A stretch of 64,000 nucleotides of DNA, taken from positions 3,932 to 67,931 of the forward strand of contig JAJQCD010000010.1 of assembly GCA_021202925.1 (NCBI GenBank), in the 5' to 3' direction. Made by a program: the position numbers and the translations under genes. Shown here piece after piece: positions 50,001 to 59,240 of this stretch. Below the pieces are notes generated by a model. That model was not told where the DNA came from. It saw only the letters and a program-made list of their open reading frames with translations, and searched no databases. This stretch comes from Clostridiales bacterium (lineage in GTDB: Bacteria > Bacillota > Clostridia > Lachnospirales > Lachnospiraceae). The stretch's first letter is position 1, and each line of letters begins with the position of its first letter.

Positions 50001-50527
50001 ATTATCCGCACGCGGAAGTGGCGCCTGCGGGAATTCTGTATTATAATATAGCAGACCCGGTAGTGTCAAAGAACGGAAGGCAGGATCCAGAGGAGATCGA
50101 CGCGCAGATTCTTCGTGAACTGCGGATGAACGGACTGATCAACAGCGAACTGGAGGTGATCCGGCATCTGGATCATACGATCGAGAAGGAGTCGGATATC
50201 ATACCGGTTGTCCTGAAGGACGGGCGGGTACAGGAAGGCCGGTCGTCCGTGGCGAACCGGGAACGTTTCGCTTCTCTGTGTGGTTATGTCCATGAAAAAC
50301 TGCGTGGGATGGGAAGGGAGATACTGGATGGAACCGTCGATGTGAGCCCATACCGGACTGGCGGGCGGACGGCCTGTGATTACTGTCCGTATCATGCGGT
50401 ATGCGGGTTTGACCAACAGTCGGCCGGGTTCGACTACCAGAGATGGAGAGCAATGAAATCAGAGGAAATCTGGGAGGAGATAGATGGTGGCGGTAAACTG
50501 GACAAGGGAGCAGACGCAGGTCATTGA
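47042..50527 (+). CDS. addB: ATP-dependent helicase/nuclease subunit B
   Basis: GGSGSGKT, VPEQF, GRIDRLD, DYKSG and the Fe-S cysteines CDYCPYHAVC. Confidence 0.96.
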   Translation: MSLEFVVGGSGSGKTTFLYDRVIREAVADRQQQIFFVVPEQFSMQTQKDLVVRHPDHATMNIDIVSFRRLAWRVFAELSVANLPVLDDMGKSMVLRRAAGSVRKQLVLFSGHLGQAGFVSRMKSMLSEFYQYGVTPEILSEAASKTKSSLLRRKLEDFAIVYREFEDYIEGHYIASEQVLDVLCRVMRDSRLVRDSVIVLDGFTGFTPVQYRILEQMMTCARQVIVSVTADPAVSLYRDAGMQSLFHMSSQMAIRLSALAEKNHVRQLPDQVIDGKRGNRFSGCPKKESRELNGGKGRSGSPELAWLEGHLFRYEDRPYPGESADGIQLVEAANPSAEVAQVCHRILELVCEHGFRYREMAVITGDLASYGKELIQQFARHEIPYFLDDRKTVTDNPLVELIRAALETVRRDFSYESVFRCLRTGFLTDDREMIDRMENYVIALGIRGGKRWRDTWDRTSRGGRAVNLQELNAFRDETLAPLFAMQDAMRVEEITVAGMTEAVRGLLAACRAEDRMKEYQEYFHAIGELRLEKEYGQVYGLVTELLDRVTELLGTEKVSRKEFMEILDAGFAELTLGVIPATVDRVVVGDITRTRLAHIRVLFFVGVNDGIVPVKKDAGGILTDREREFLSGLSIELAPTAREDSFQQRFYLYLMMTKPSDCLTVSFSRTGSDGKSRRPSYLIGELLRLFPTLRVKEAECAPRIYSMEEARARLADGLGRYRDEGAGEGTARFLELYRWFLTSGGREQEAESLADAAFYIYEKKGIGHAVARALYGNIVKGSVTRLEQYAACAYAHFLRYGLELEERERYELEASDLGNLFHESINRCFVQMKAGQWDWRTITDEERRRMVHEVVTDVTTEYGNTILSSSSRNEYLAKRVETITQRTVWALQQQIQKGDFSPAGFEVTFSAADHLQAMKITLSAEESLHLSGRIDRLDLCEDGETVYVKIMDYKSGSTSFDLLALYYGLQLQLVVYMDAALELTRRNYPHAEVAPAGILYYNIADPVVSKNGRQDPEEIDAQILRELRMNGLINSELEVIRHLDHTIEKESDIIPVVLKDGRVQEGRSSVANRERFASLCGYVHEKLRGMGREILDGTVDVSPYRTGGRTACDYCPYHAVCGFDQQSAGFDYQRWRAMKSEEIWEEIDGGGKLDKGADAGH

Positions 50528-53500
50528 GAGCAGAGGAAAAAACCTGCTTGTCAGCGCTGCCGCCGGAAGCGGAAAGACAGCCGTGCTGGTAGAACGGATC
50601 ATCCGTCTGGTGACAGAGGGAGAGCATCCGCTGAATATTGATGAGCTGCTGGTGATGACATTCACCAACGCGGCAGCAGCGGAAATGCGGGAACGGATCG
50701 GAGTGGCGATTGAGGAAAAGCTGCGGGAGAATCCGGGCGACGCACATCTGCAGATGCAGTCCGCGCTGGTTCATCATGCGCAGATCACAACCATCGACAG
50801 CTTTTGCCTGCGTATTATCCGTGAGCATTTCCAGGAACTGGATATCGATCCTTCGTTCCGGGTCGGGGATGACGGCGAGTTGCTCCTGCTGCGGGCGGAT
50901 GCCATGGGGGAAATGCTGGAGAACTACTATGAGAACGGTGGGAGCCGCTTTGAACAGTTTGTCGAGACCTATGCCCAGGGTAAAAGCGACGCCGGAATCG
51001 AAGATTATATTATGCAGGTGTATACCTTTGCCCAGAGTAATCCCGATCCGCAGCAGTGGATAGCGGATTGCCGGGCAGAGATCGGCGCAGACAGCCGGAG
51101 CGATGCAAAAGAGAACGGAACGCCACGTATGACGGGAGAAGAGGTCAGCCTGGCCCGACCGGCCTGGGAGGAGTTTCTGATCAGCGATCTTGGCAGGCAG
51201 GCCCGGGAACTGGCGGAGCAGATGCGGGAGGCATATGAGATTTGCCGGGACGATGAATATCTGTGTGCGTATGCGCCGATGCTTTTGGAGGACACACGCC
51301 GCCTGACGGCCTTGTCTCAGGCAAAACAGATGCGGGAGATGTTTGACCGGCTGACGGCATTTATCTGGGATCGTCTGGCGACGGTGCGAAGCAAATCCGT
51401 GGATCCGGAGCGGAAAGCGTATGTGACCGGCTGCCGGGATCGTGCGAAGAAGGCCATTGCGAAGATGAAGGATCTGTATTGTTTCGCGGAGCCTGCAGAG
51501 ATGGAAGCAGACGGGAAGGCGGCCGCAAAAGGGACGGAGATGCTTCTGGAACTGGCGGAAGAATTTTCGCGCCGCTTCCAGGAGAAGAAGCGGGAGAGAA
51601 ATCTGGTTGATTTTAACGATCTGGAGCATGAAGCGTTGCGTGTGCTGATTACTCGCAGAGAAGACGGAACGATCGGATACACAGATGCGGCGGATGAACT
51701 GAGCCATGGATTCGGGGAAGTGCTTGTCGATGAATATCAGGACAGCAATCTGGTACAGGAGACGCTTCTTCAGGCAGTGTCCGGAGAGCGGTTTGGCCGC
51801 CATAACCTGTTTATGGTCGGAGATGTGAAGCAGAGCATTTATAAATTCCGCCTGGCCCGTCCGGAGATTTTTCTTGACAAATACGAAAAATATATGCCAT
51901 ATGATGAAGGAGAGGGCGTGGACAGGAAAATTGAGCTGCACCAGAATTTTCGAAGCCGTGCCGGGGTGCTGGACGGCGTCAATGATGTATTTTTCCGGAT
52001 CATGACGGAGAATCTGGGAAATATCCGCTATTCGAAGGAGGCGGCGCTTTATCCGGGAGCCGTGTTTGAAGCCTTGCCGGATGGCCGGACAGCCGCGATG
52101 CCGGAACTGCTGATGGTGGATACCGGAGGAGGCAGCCTGGCTCAGCCGGATGACGATGCGGCGGATTACACGGCGAAGGAGATCGAGGCGAAGCTGATCG
52201 TCAGGAAGATTCGCGAAATGACTGACCCGAAGAGTGGGCTTCTGGTCTGGGATAAAAAAGAGAATTGTTATCGGATCGCGCAGTACCGGGATATGGTGAT
52301 TCTCCTGCGCAGCACGGTCGGATGGACGGAGACGCTGCTCAATGTGCTGATGAATGAAGGAATTCCGGCGTATGCGGAGTCGCGGGAAGGATATTTCAAC
52401 ACGATTGAAGTGGAGACAGTTTTAAGTCTGCTTTCCGTGATTGATAATCCGATGCAGGACATACCGCTGACGGCCGTTCTGAAGTCGCCGATCGTTGGAA
52501 TGAGCGATCAGGAACTGGCTGAAATGATGATTCGTTTCCGGCAATCCGCCGGTCGCGGAGCGGACAGAGGAATGTACGGAGCGATGCAATATTTCCTCAG
52601 GCTGGAGATTTCAGAGGAAGGGTCAGACGCGGAGACATCCGCAGACGGAAAGATCATGCGCAGACTGCGTACGTTCTGGAAGCTGCTCACGGATTTTCGC
52701 GAGAAGAGTCGTTATCTGCCGATTCATGAACTGCTTTATGAGATCTATGAGAAGACAGGGTACGACCGCCTGGTTTCGGTGATGCCGGCCGGAGCTACCC
52801 GTCGGGCGAACCTGGATATGCTGGTGGAGAAGGCCGCCGCTTACGAGAAGACCAGCTATAAAGGACTGTTTCATTTTGTCCGTTACATTGAAAATCTGAA
52901 ACGCTACCATACGGATTTCGGGGAAGCTTCCACGGTGGGTGAGGAAGAAAACACCGTGCGAATCCTGAGCATTCACAAGAGCAAGGGCCTGGAATTTCCC
53001 GTCGTGTTTCTTGCCGGGATGGGGAAAAAGTTCAATCGAAGAGACGGGTATGGCAAGGTTCTGATTGATCCGGAACTGGGGATTGCGACGGATTATCTGG
53101 ATACGAAGCGGCGTCTGAAGGCGGTTACATTGAAGAAAAATGTTCTGCGCAGGAAGATGGAGCTGGACAATCTGGGTGAAGAACTTCGCATGCTTTATGT
53201 GGCGATGACCAGGGCGAAGGAGATGCTGGTGATGACGGGAACGGACCGGTATCTGGCGAAAAATCTGGATCGGTTTTCCCGGGTGCCCGTGACAGACGGA
53301 AGGATTCCGTACACGGTTCTGGGGACGGCGGGCAGTTATCTGGACTGGCTGCTGATGGCGTCCGGGAGCGGGACTGTCCGTATCCGTGTGGAGGAGATTC
53401 CGTTGGCGCAGATCGTCGGCGGGGAGCTGGTGCGGCAGGTGCAGACAAGACAGTCGAGGGCATTTCTGGAAAGCATGGATCGGAACCGGATCTATGACGA

Positions 53501-54209
53501 AGACGTCAGGAACATGCTGGAGAAGAATCTGAGTTATCATTATCCGCATGCCGCGGACATCCGGCTTCCCATGCAGGCGTCGGTTTCCGAATTGAAGCGC
53601 TGGCGTGATCCAGAGGAGGAAGAACCGGGGCTGGAGCTTTTTATGCAGGAGGAAGCGGAAATGACTGGTCCGTCACAGGAGGGCGACCGTGTTTTCCTGG
53701 GTGGTGCCACGCGGGGAACCGCATACCACCGCGTACTGGAGTTGTTGCCGTTTGACCGCATGGATAGCCAGAGTGATATTGAACGGTATATCCGACGGAT
53801 GGTGCAGGAACAGAAGCTCTCCGTCACAGACCGGAAACTGGTGAACAGCGGCGTGCTCTGGAGGTTTCTGGATTCTGATCTCGGAAGAAGGATGCGGCGC
53901 GCGCAGGCAGCCGGGCAGCTGTACAAAGAACGGCAGTTTGTCATGGGCGTTCCGGCGCATGAGATGGGTCTGGGCGATTCGGATGAAATGGTGGTCGTCC
54001 AGGGAATCATTGATTCCTGGTTTGAAGAGGACGGAGAACTGGTGCTGGTTGATTATAAGACGGACCGGGTCGAACAGGCGGCGGTTCTGGTGGAGCATTA
54101 CCGAAAACAGCTGGATTATTATGAAAGGGCGCTGGGGCAGATGACAGGGAAGCATGTGAAAGAGAAGATGATTTATTCACTGGCGTTACAGATGGAGATT
54201 CGATGTTGA
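50484..54209 (+). CDS. addA: ATP-dependent helicase/nuclease subunit A
   Basis: AAAGSGKT, VDEYQD, VGDVKQSIY, IHKSKGLEF, YVAMTRA, QGIID, DYKTD. Confidence 0.97.
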   Translation: MVAVNWTREQTQVIESRGKNLLVSAAAGSGKTAVLVERIIRLVTEGEHPLNIDELLVMTFTNAAAAEMRERIGVAIEEKLRENPGDAHLQMQSALVHHAQITTIDSFCLRIIREHFQELDIDPSFRVGDDGELLLLRADAMGEMLENYYENGGSRFEQFVETYAQGKSDAGIEDYIMQVYTFAQSNPDPQQWIADCRAEIGADSRSDAKENGTPRMTGEEVSLARPAWEEFLISDLGRQARELAEQMREAYEICRDDEYLCAYAPMLLEDTRRLTALSQAKQMREMFDRLTAFIWDRLATVRSKSVDPERKAYVTGCRDRAKKAIAKMKDLYCFAEPAEMEADGKAAAKGTEMLLELAEEFSRRFQEKKRERNLVDFNDLEHEALRVLITRREDGTIGYTDAADELSHGFGEVLVDEYQDSNLVQETLLQAVSGERFGRHNLFMVGDVKQSIYKFRLARPEIFLDKYEKYMPYDEGEGVDRKIELHQNFRSRAGVLDGVNDVFFRIMTENLGNIRYSKEAALYPGAVFEALPDGRTAAMPELLMVDTGGGSLAQPDDDAADYTAKEIEAKLIVRKIREMTDPKSGLLVWDKKENCYRIAQYRDMVILLRSTVGWTETLLNVLMNEGIPAYAESREGYFNTIEVETVLSLLSVIDNPMQDIPLTAVLKSPIVGMSDQELAEMMIRFRQSAGRGADRGMYGAMQYFLRLEISEEGSDAETSADGKIMRRLRTFWKLLTDFREKSRYLPIHELLYEIYEKTGYDRLVSVMPAGATRRANLDMLVEKAAAYEKTSYKGLFHFVRYIENLKRYHTDFGEASTVGEEENTVRILSIHKSKGLEFPVVFLAGMGKKFNRRDGYGKVLIDPELGIATDYLDTKRRLKAVTLKKNVLRRKMELDNLGEELRMLYVAMTRAKEMLVMTGTDRYLAKNLDRFSRVPVTDGRIPYTVLGTAGSYLDWLLMASGSGTVRIRVEEIPLAQIVGGELVRQVQTRQSRAFLESMDRNRIYDEDVRNMLEKNLSYHYPHAADIRLPMQASVSELKRWRDPEEEEPGLELFMQEEAEMTGPSQEGDRVFLGGATRGTAYHRVLELLPFDRMDSQSDIERYIRRMVQEQKLSVTDRKLVNSGVLWRFLDSDLGRRMRRAQAAGQLYKERQFVMGVPAHEMGLGDSDEMVVVQGIIDSWFEEDGELVLVDYKTDRVEQAAVLVEHYRKQLDYYERALGQMTGKHVKEKMIYSLALQMEIRC

Positions 54210-54328
54210 ACGTTTTCAAAGAAAAATGGAGGAATATCCGGTAAGCCGGAAATGGGGAACCGGGTTTTTACGGGAACGAGGAGAAGCGTGAATCAGATCT
54301 GGAAGGAATAATCAGGAGGAATCGGAAA

Positions 54329-55297
54329 ATGAAACGAATGGAAGAGGAAATGCAGGCGGTAATCGGAGATATCATGGCAGACTATGAGCCGAAGAGAGAG
54401 ATCAACCGCATGGATGAATATTTCAATCAGCCGGATAAGGAGGCAATTATTGATATCATCAATAAGCTGATGCGAATCATGTATCCGGGTTATTATCGGG
54501 ATAAATCTTACAAGATTTATAATGCGGACAATCATGTGGCGATGATCATTGAAGACGTCGGGTATCGTCTGAATAAGCAGATCGCGATTGCACTGCGGTA
54601 TCTGCCGGAAATGAAGGTAAAGACGGAAGCAGAAGTGCGTGAGGTTTCGGAAGAAATAACGTTGAAATTCCTGCGCACCTTTCCGCGGATCCGCGAATAT
54701 CTGGAATCCGATCTTCAGGCAGCCTACGACGGCGATCCGGCCGCTTACTACAAAGAAGAGGTGATTCTGGCATACCCTGGCTTTTTTGCAATTACCGTGA
54801 GTCGTCTGGCGCATGAACTGTTTCTGCTGAAGGTGCCGATGATCCCCCGGATTATGACGGAATATGCGCACAGCGAGACAGGAATCGATATCCATCCGGG
54901 TGCATCCATCGGAAAGCGTTTCTTTATTGATCATGGCACCGGCATTGTAGTCGGAGAGACGACGATCATTGGCAATGATGTCAAGATATACCAGGGCGTT
55001 ACGCTGGGAGCGCTTTCCACCAGGGGCGGACAGAAGCTGCGCACGGTGCGGCGCCACCCGACGATCGAGGATAATGTGACGATTTATTCCGGCGCGTCGA
55101 TCTTGGGCGGTGAGACTGTTATCGGACATGATTCTGTGATCGGAAGTAATGTCTTTATTACGAAATCGGTCAGTCCGGGAACGAGGGTGAGCATCCGCAG
55201 CCAGGAACTCCGTTATCAGTCTGACATTCACGCGGATGAAGAAGTGATCCGCACGGACGAGCTGGAGAAGGATACCTGCTCGTATTACATGATATAG
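54329..55297 (+). CDS. cysE: Serine O-acetyltransferase
   Basis: DPAA, GIDIHPGASIG, FIDHGTGIVVGET, RHPTIED. Confidence 0.92.
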   Translation: MKRMEEEMQAVIGDIMADYEPKREINRMDEYFNQPDKEAIIDIINKLMRIMYPGYYRDKSYKIYNADNHVAMIIEDVGYRLNKQIAIALRYLPEMKVKTEAEVREVSEEITLKFLRTFPRIREYLESDLQAAYDGDPAAYYKEEVILAYPGFFAITVSRLAHELFLLKVPMIPRIMTEYAHSETGIDIHPGASIGKRFFIDHGTGIVVGETTIIGNDVKIYQGVTLGALSTRGGQKLRTVRRHPTIEDNVTIYSGASILGGETVIGHDSVIGSNVFITKSVSPGTRVSIRSQELRYQSDIHADEEVIRTDELEKDTCSYYMI

Positions 55298-55355
55298 AAG
55301 CGGTTGGAAAGCATGACCGGAAAAGAGACTATGAAGAAGGGCAGAGGGAATAAAC

Positions 55356-56731
55356 ATGCAGAAGAGAGCCGTAAAATCCTATGAAATTGATATGTGCAAC
55401 GGACCGATTTTTTCCAGGCTGGTGTTGTTTACGGTGCCGTTGATGCTGTCAGGGATTCTGCAGCTGTTATTTAACGCGGCGGATATTATTGTGGTCGGGC
55501 GGTTTGCCGGAAAGGAGTCGATGGCGGCCGTCGGATCGACCACTTCGCTGATTAACCTGCTGGTAAATTTTTTGTCGGATTGTCGGTGGGAACCAATGTT
55601 CTGACCGCGCGTTATTATGGAGGGCAGAAAGGAAAGGAACTGAACGAGACGGTACATACCGCAATGGTTCTGGCTCTGGCCGGGGGCGTCATTCTGCTGA
55701 TGATCGGTGAGATGTTTGCGACGCCGATTCTGCGGCAGATGGGAAGTCCGGACGATGTGCTTCCGCTGGCGTCCCTTTATCTGAAAATTTATTTCATCGG
55801 CACGCCGGGCACGCTGCTGTATAATTTTGGCAGTGCGATTCTGCGTGCGGCCGGTGATACGAGACGGCCCCTGTATTATCTGACGATTGCCGGTGTCACG
55901 AACGTTGTGCTGAACCTGATTTTCGTAATCGGCCTGTCCATGGGCGTTGCGGGTGTCGGTACGGCTACGATTGTGTCTCAGTACATATCCGCGGCTCTGG
56001 TTATCCGTTGCCTGATACAGTCGGATTCCGTCTATCGTCTGCGTCTGCGCGAACTGCGGATTGTGCCGGATAAGCTGTCCGGCATCCTGCGGATCGGGCT
56101 GCCGGCGGGACTTCAGAGTTCGATTTTCTCGATTTCCAATGTGCTGATTCAGTCGTCGATCAACTCCTTTGGTTCGGTCGCGATGGCAGGCAGTTCAGCG
56201 GCGGCAAATCTCGAGGGTTTTGTGTATATTTCCATGAACTCTGTGGCACAGACGGTTTTAAGTTTTACCAGTCAGAATTATGGGGCCAGGAATTATGAGC
56301 GGATGAGGAAGATTCTGATGTATTCTCTGGGACTGGTCACATTCATTGGCATTGTGGCCGGAGACGGGGTGCTGCTTCTTGGAAAGCAGCTTCTGGGCAT
56401 TTATTCTTCCGACGCGGAGGTTGTCGCGTATGGCCTGGTACGGCTGCGCTTTGTCAGCGGACCGTATTTTCTGTGCGGCCTGATGGACGTCATGTGCAGC
56501 GGGATCCGCGGAATCGGATACTCCATGCTGCCGACGCTGGTGTCTCTGACGGGCGCCTGTGCGCTGCGGATTGTATGGATTTATACGATTTTTGCCGTGA
56601 ACCGGACGCTTGCGATTCTGTATTTGTCTTATCCGGTGACCTGGACGATTACCTTTGCCGCTCATGCAGCCTGCTACCTGATGATTCAGCGTTCCATGGT
56701 GCGCAGGCACGCAAAGCGGGCGGTTGCCTGA
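55356..56731 (+). pseudogene. MATE efflux transporter split by a one-base frameshift at ~55570
   Basis: ORF 55356-55604 (LQLLFNAADIIVVGRF) continues in ORF 55580-56731; a T6 tract at 55568-73 would need T7 to read NFFVGLSVG. Confidence 0.8.
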
Positions 56732-56770
56732 AGAGGTGATTTCCGGTTATGGGTAAAGCAGGAGCCGGGT

Positions 56771-57418
56771 TCATCTGGCTGTATGTCCGGGCAGGAATGC
56801 GAGGATCCGGTGAATGAGATAAGCGCCCAGACAGACGCAGAACAGGTAGAACAGATTGCCGGGCAGAATCCCGATCCGCAGGGCGATTTCATGGAAGACA
56901 GGCTGTGTGGTCGGGTAGTAGGGAGAGATGTAGAACATATCCGCTTCCCCGCAGCCGGGCGCGAGCAGGTTAATCAGCGTGGCGATCAGGCAGAAGCATG
57001 CGAACAGGGGAAGCGTCCGCAGAAAGCCGCGCGTCGAGCGATCCGACTGTGCGGTCGCCCGGATAAAGAGGGCGATCAGAATCAGCATGATATGCCAGAC
57101 GTAGCCGTGCAGCGTCAGCGTCCAGTGGAGATGACGGAAGCCATCCGGTACAAGCAGGGCGGCGATGCCGCCGAGCATGCCGTAGTCCTGCAGGAACGTA
57201 TATACGGTCGTTTTCAACGTCCCTTCTCTGAAATATGGCATGAGAAGACACAGATAGACGGGCAGGCTGCAGAGCTGGAAGGGAAAATACCACCAGTCAT
57301 AGCGTCCGCCATTGATGACGAGATACAGAAACATCTGTTTGTAAAGCTCGCATCCTGCGAGAAACAGACCGCAGACGAACAGAACGCGGTCGGCCGGTAA
57401 TGGAAATCGTGTCTTCAT
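56771..57418 (-). CDS. YwaF-like integral membrane protein
   Basis: FPFQLCSL, HGYVWH, ADMFYISPY; several TM segments. Confidence 0.75.
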   Translation of the reverse strand: MKTRFPLPADRVLFVCGLFLAGCELYKQMFLYLVINGGRYDWWYFPFQLCSLPVYLCLLMPYFREGTLKTTVYTFLQDYGMLGGIAALLVPDGFRHLHWTLTLHGYVWHIMLILIALFIRATAQSDRSTRGFLRTLPLFACFCLIATLINLLAPGCGEADMFYISPYYPTTQPVFHEIALRIGILPGNLFYLFCVCLGAYLIHRILAFLPGHTAR

Positions 57419-57474
57419 GTGACCAAGTATAACACGCTTTGAAAAAATGAACAAGATTCGGAAAGGAATACGCT

Positions 57475-58101
57475 ATGATCAAACTGGAACGAACGAGTGT
57501 CATGAATCTGGATAACGCCATGCGCGGCGCGAGGAACCCGCTGAACAGCTGGAACCGGATGGACTCGGCATTCGATGAAGAGGGAAACTATGTGCTTGGT
57601 CCCAACGATCTGGATCTCGCGCAGCGTCTGCGCCGGGCCGGCAGCGACCACCGCAAATTTATCCGTCAGATCTTTGTCTCGGTGGACATTACGGCGCCGA
57701 TCTACTGGTGGAAAGAATACGACACCTATAAAATCGCGACGGTTGCGAATTCGACGAGTACAATGCACAGGATTCACAGCCGCCCCTTTGAGCGGGACGA
57801 TTTCAGCCACGACCACATGACGCCGGACACGCTCGCTTTTCTGGATGTCGTCATCGAACGGCTGGAGTCGATTCGCCTGAAATATATGAATGAAGGAAAG
57901 AATAAGGAAGACTGGTACGACATGATTCAGCTTCTCCCTTCGAGCTACAACCAGATGCGTACCTGCACATTGAATTATGAAACGCTGGTTAATATTTATT
58001 TCGCGAGAAGAAATCACAAGCTGGAAGAATGGCATACGTTCTGCGACTGGATTCTGACGCTGCCATATGCGAGAGAATTGATTGTAGCGGAGGAAGTGTG
58101 A
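57475..58101 (+). CDS. ThyX-fold-like conserved protein lacking the canonical ThyX motif
   Basis: HRKFIRQIFVSVDITAPIYWWKEYDTYK...NSTSTMHR and LLPSSYNQMRT...LNYETL parallel the ThyX layout. Confidence 0.7.
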   Translation: MIKLERTSVMNLDNAMRGARNPLNSWNRMDSAFDEEGNYVLGPNDLDLAQRLRRAGSDHRKFIRQIFVSVDITAPIYWWKEYDTYKIATVANSTSTMHRIHSRPFERDDFSHDHMTPDTLAFLDVVIERLESIRLKYMNEGKNKEDWYDMIQLLPSSYNQMRTCTLNYETLVNIYFARRNHKLEEWHTFCDWILTLPYARELIVAEEV

Positions 58102-58286
58102 AGCCGGAAAGGCCAGAGAAATTGTCGTTACAGGTCATGCGTCAGCTGGCTGACGTGTGACCTGTGACAAATTGCCGGTGAATGAGACGAATCACGAATT
58201 AACAATTGTGTTTTGTAATAAATAATGGTAGAATATAAAGGATTTGCTTGGGATTGAGGAGGAAATAACGAAACAGGAGGAAAGAA

Positions 58287-59168
58287 ATGTATAAGATTCT
58301 GGAAGCTGAAATACTCGCGGACAAGATATATCTGATGGTGGTGGACGCGCCGCGGATCGCAAAATCCTGCGAACCGGGAGAGTTTGTCATTGTCCGTATG
58401 GATGAGAAAGGGGAGCGGATTCCTCTGACAATCTGTGACATTGACCGTGAAGCGGGGACCATTACCATCGTATTTCAGATCGTGGGGGCGTCTACGTATC
58501 GGATGGCGCAGCTTAAGGCCGGGGATGCGTTCCTGGATGTGGTCGGGCCGCTGGGTCAGCCGTCCGAGTTTGTGAAGGAAGATCTGGAGGAAGTAAAGAA
58601 GAGAAGGTACCTGTTCGTGGCCGGTGGCGTCGGCACGGCGCCGGTTTATCCACAGGTAAAATGGATGCATGAGCATGGAATCGATGTGGACGTGATTGTC
58701 GGCGCCAAGAATAAGGATCTGGTCATTCTGGAAGAACAGATGGCGAAGGTGGCCGGTCATCTTTATGTGACGACGGATGATGGCTCGTATCAGAGAAAAG
58801 GCATGGTCACCGAGGTGATTCAGGATCTGGTAGTAAACCAGGGCAGAAAATATGATATCTGTGTAGCCATTGGTCCGATGATTATGATGAAGTTTGCGTG
58901 TAAGCTGACGAAGGAGCTGGGAATTCCGACGATCGTCAGCATGAACCCGATTATGGTAGACGGAACCGGCATGTGTGGAGCCTGCCGCCTGACCGTTGGC
59001 GATGAGGTGAAGTTTGCCTGCGTCGACGGACCGGAGTTTGACGGACACCTGGTCAATTTTGACGAGGCGATGAAGCGTCAGCAGATGTATAAGACCGAAG
59101 AGGGCCGCGCCATGCTGAAAGCGCAGGAGGGCGATACCCATCACGGCGGCTGCGGCAACTGTCGGTAA
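58287..59168 (+). CDS. nfnA: NfnA/SudB-like FAD/[2Fe-2S] subunit
   Basis: ERIPLTI, AGGVGTAP, MVDGTGMCGACR, CVDGPEF. Confidence 0.9.
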   Translation: MYKILEAEILADKIYLMVVDAPRIAKSCEPGEFVIVRMDEKGERIPLTICDIDREAGTITIVFQIVGASTYRMAQLKAGDAFLDVVGPLGQPSEFVKEDLEEVKKRRYLFVAGGVGTAPVYPQVKWMHEHGIDVDVIVGAKNKDLVILEEQMAKVAGHLYVTTDDGSYQRKGMVTEVIQDLVVNQGRKYDICVAIGPMIMMKFACKLTKELGIPTIVSMNPIMVDGTGMCGACRLTVGDEVKFACVDGPEFDGHLVNFDEAMKRQQMYKTEEGRAMLKAQEGDTHHGGCGNCR

Positions 59169-59240
59169 GAGGGAAGTCATCATTACGATGCGGCTTGGCG
59201 AAGCTGAGTCTGGCGTCGTTGTTTATAATCGGAGGTCAAT

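Noticed and set aside
58123-58169. Long hairpin upstream of nfnAB as a Rex operator or mobile repeat
   Set aside because: No match to the Rex TTGTGAA-N4-TTCACAA consensus and no second copy noticed; probably a terminator-like stem.
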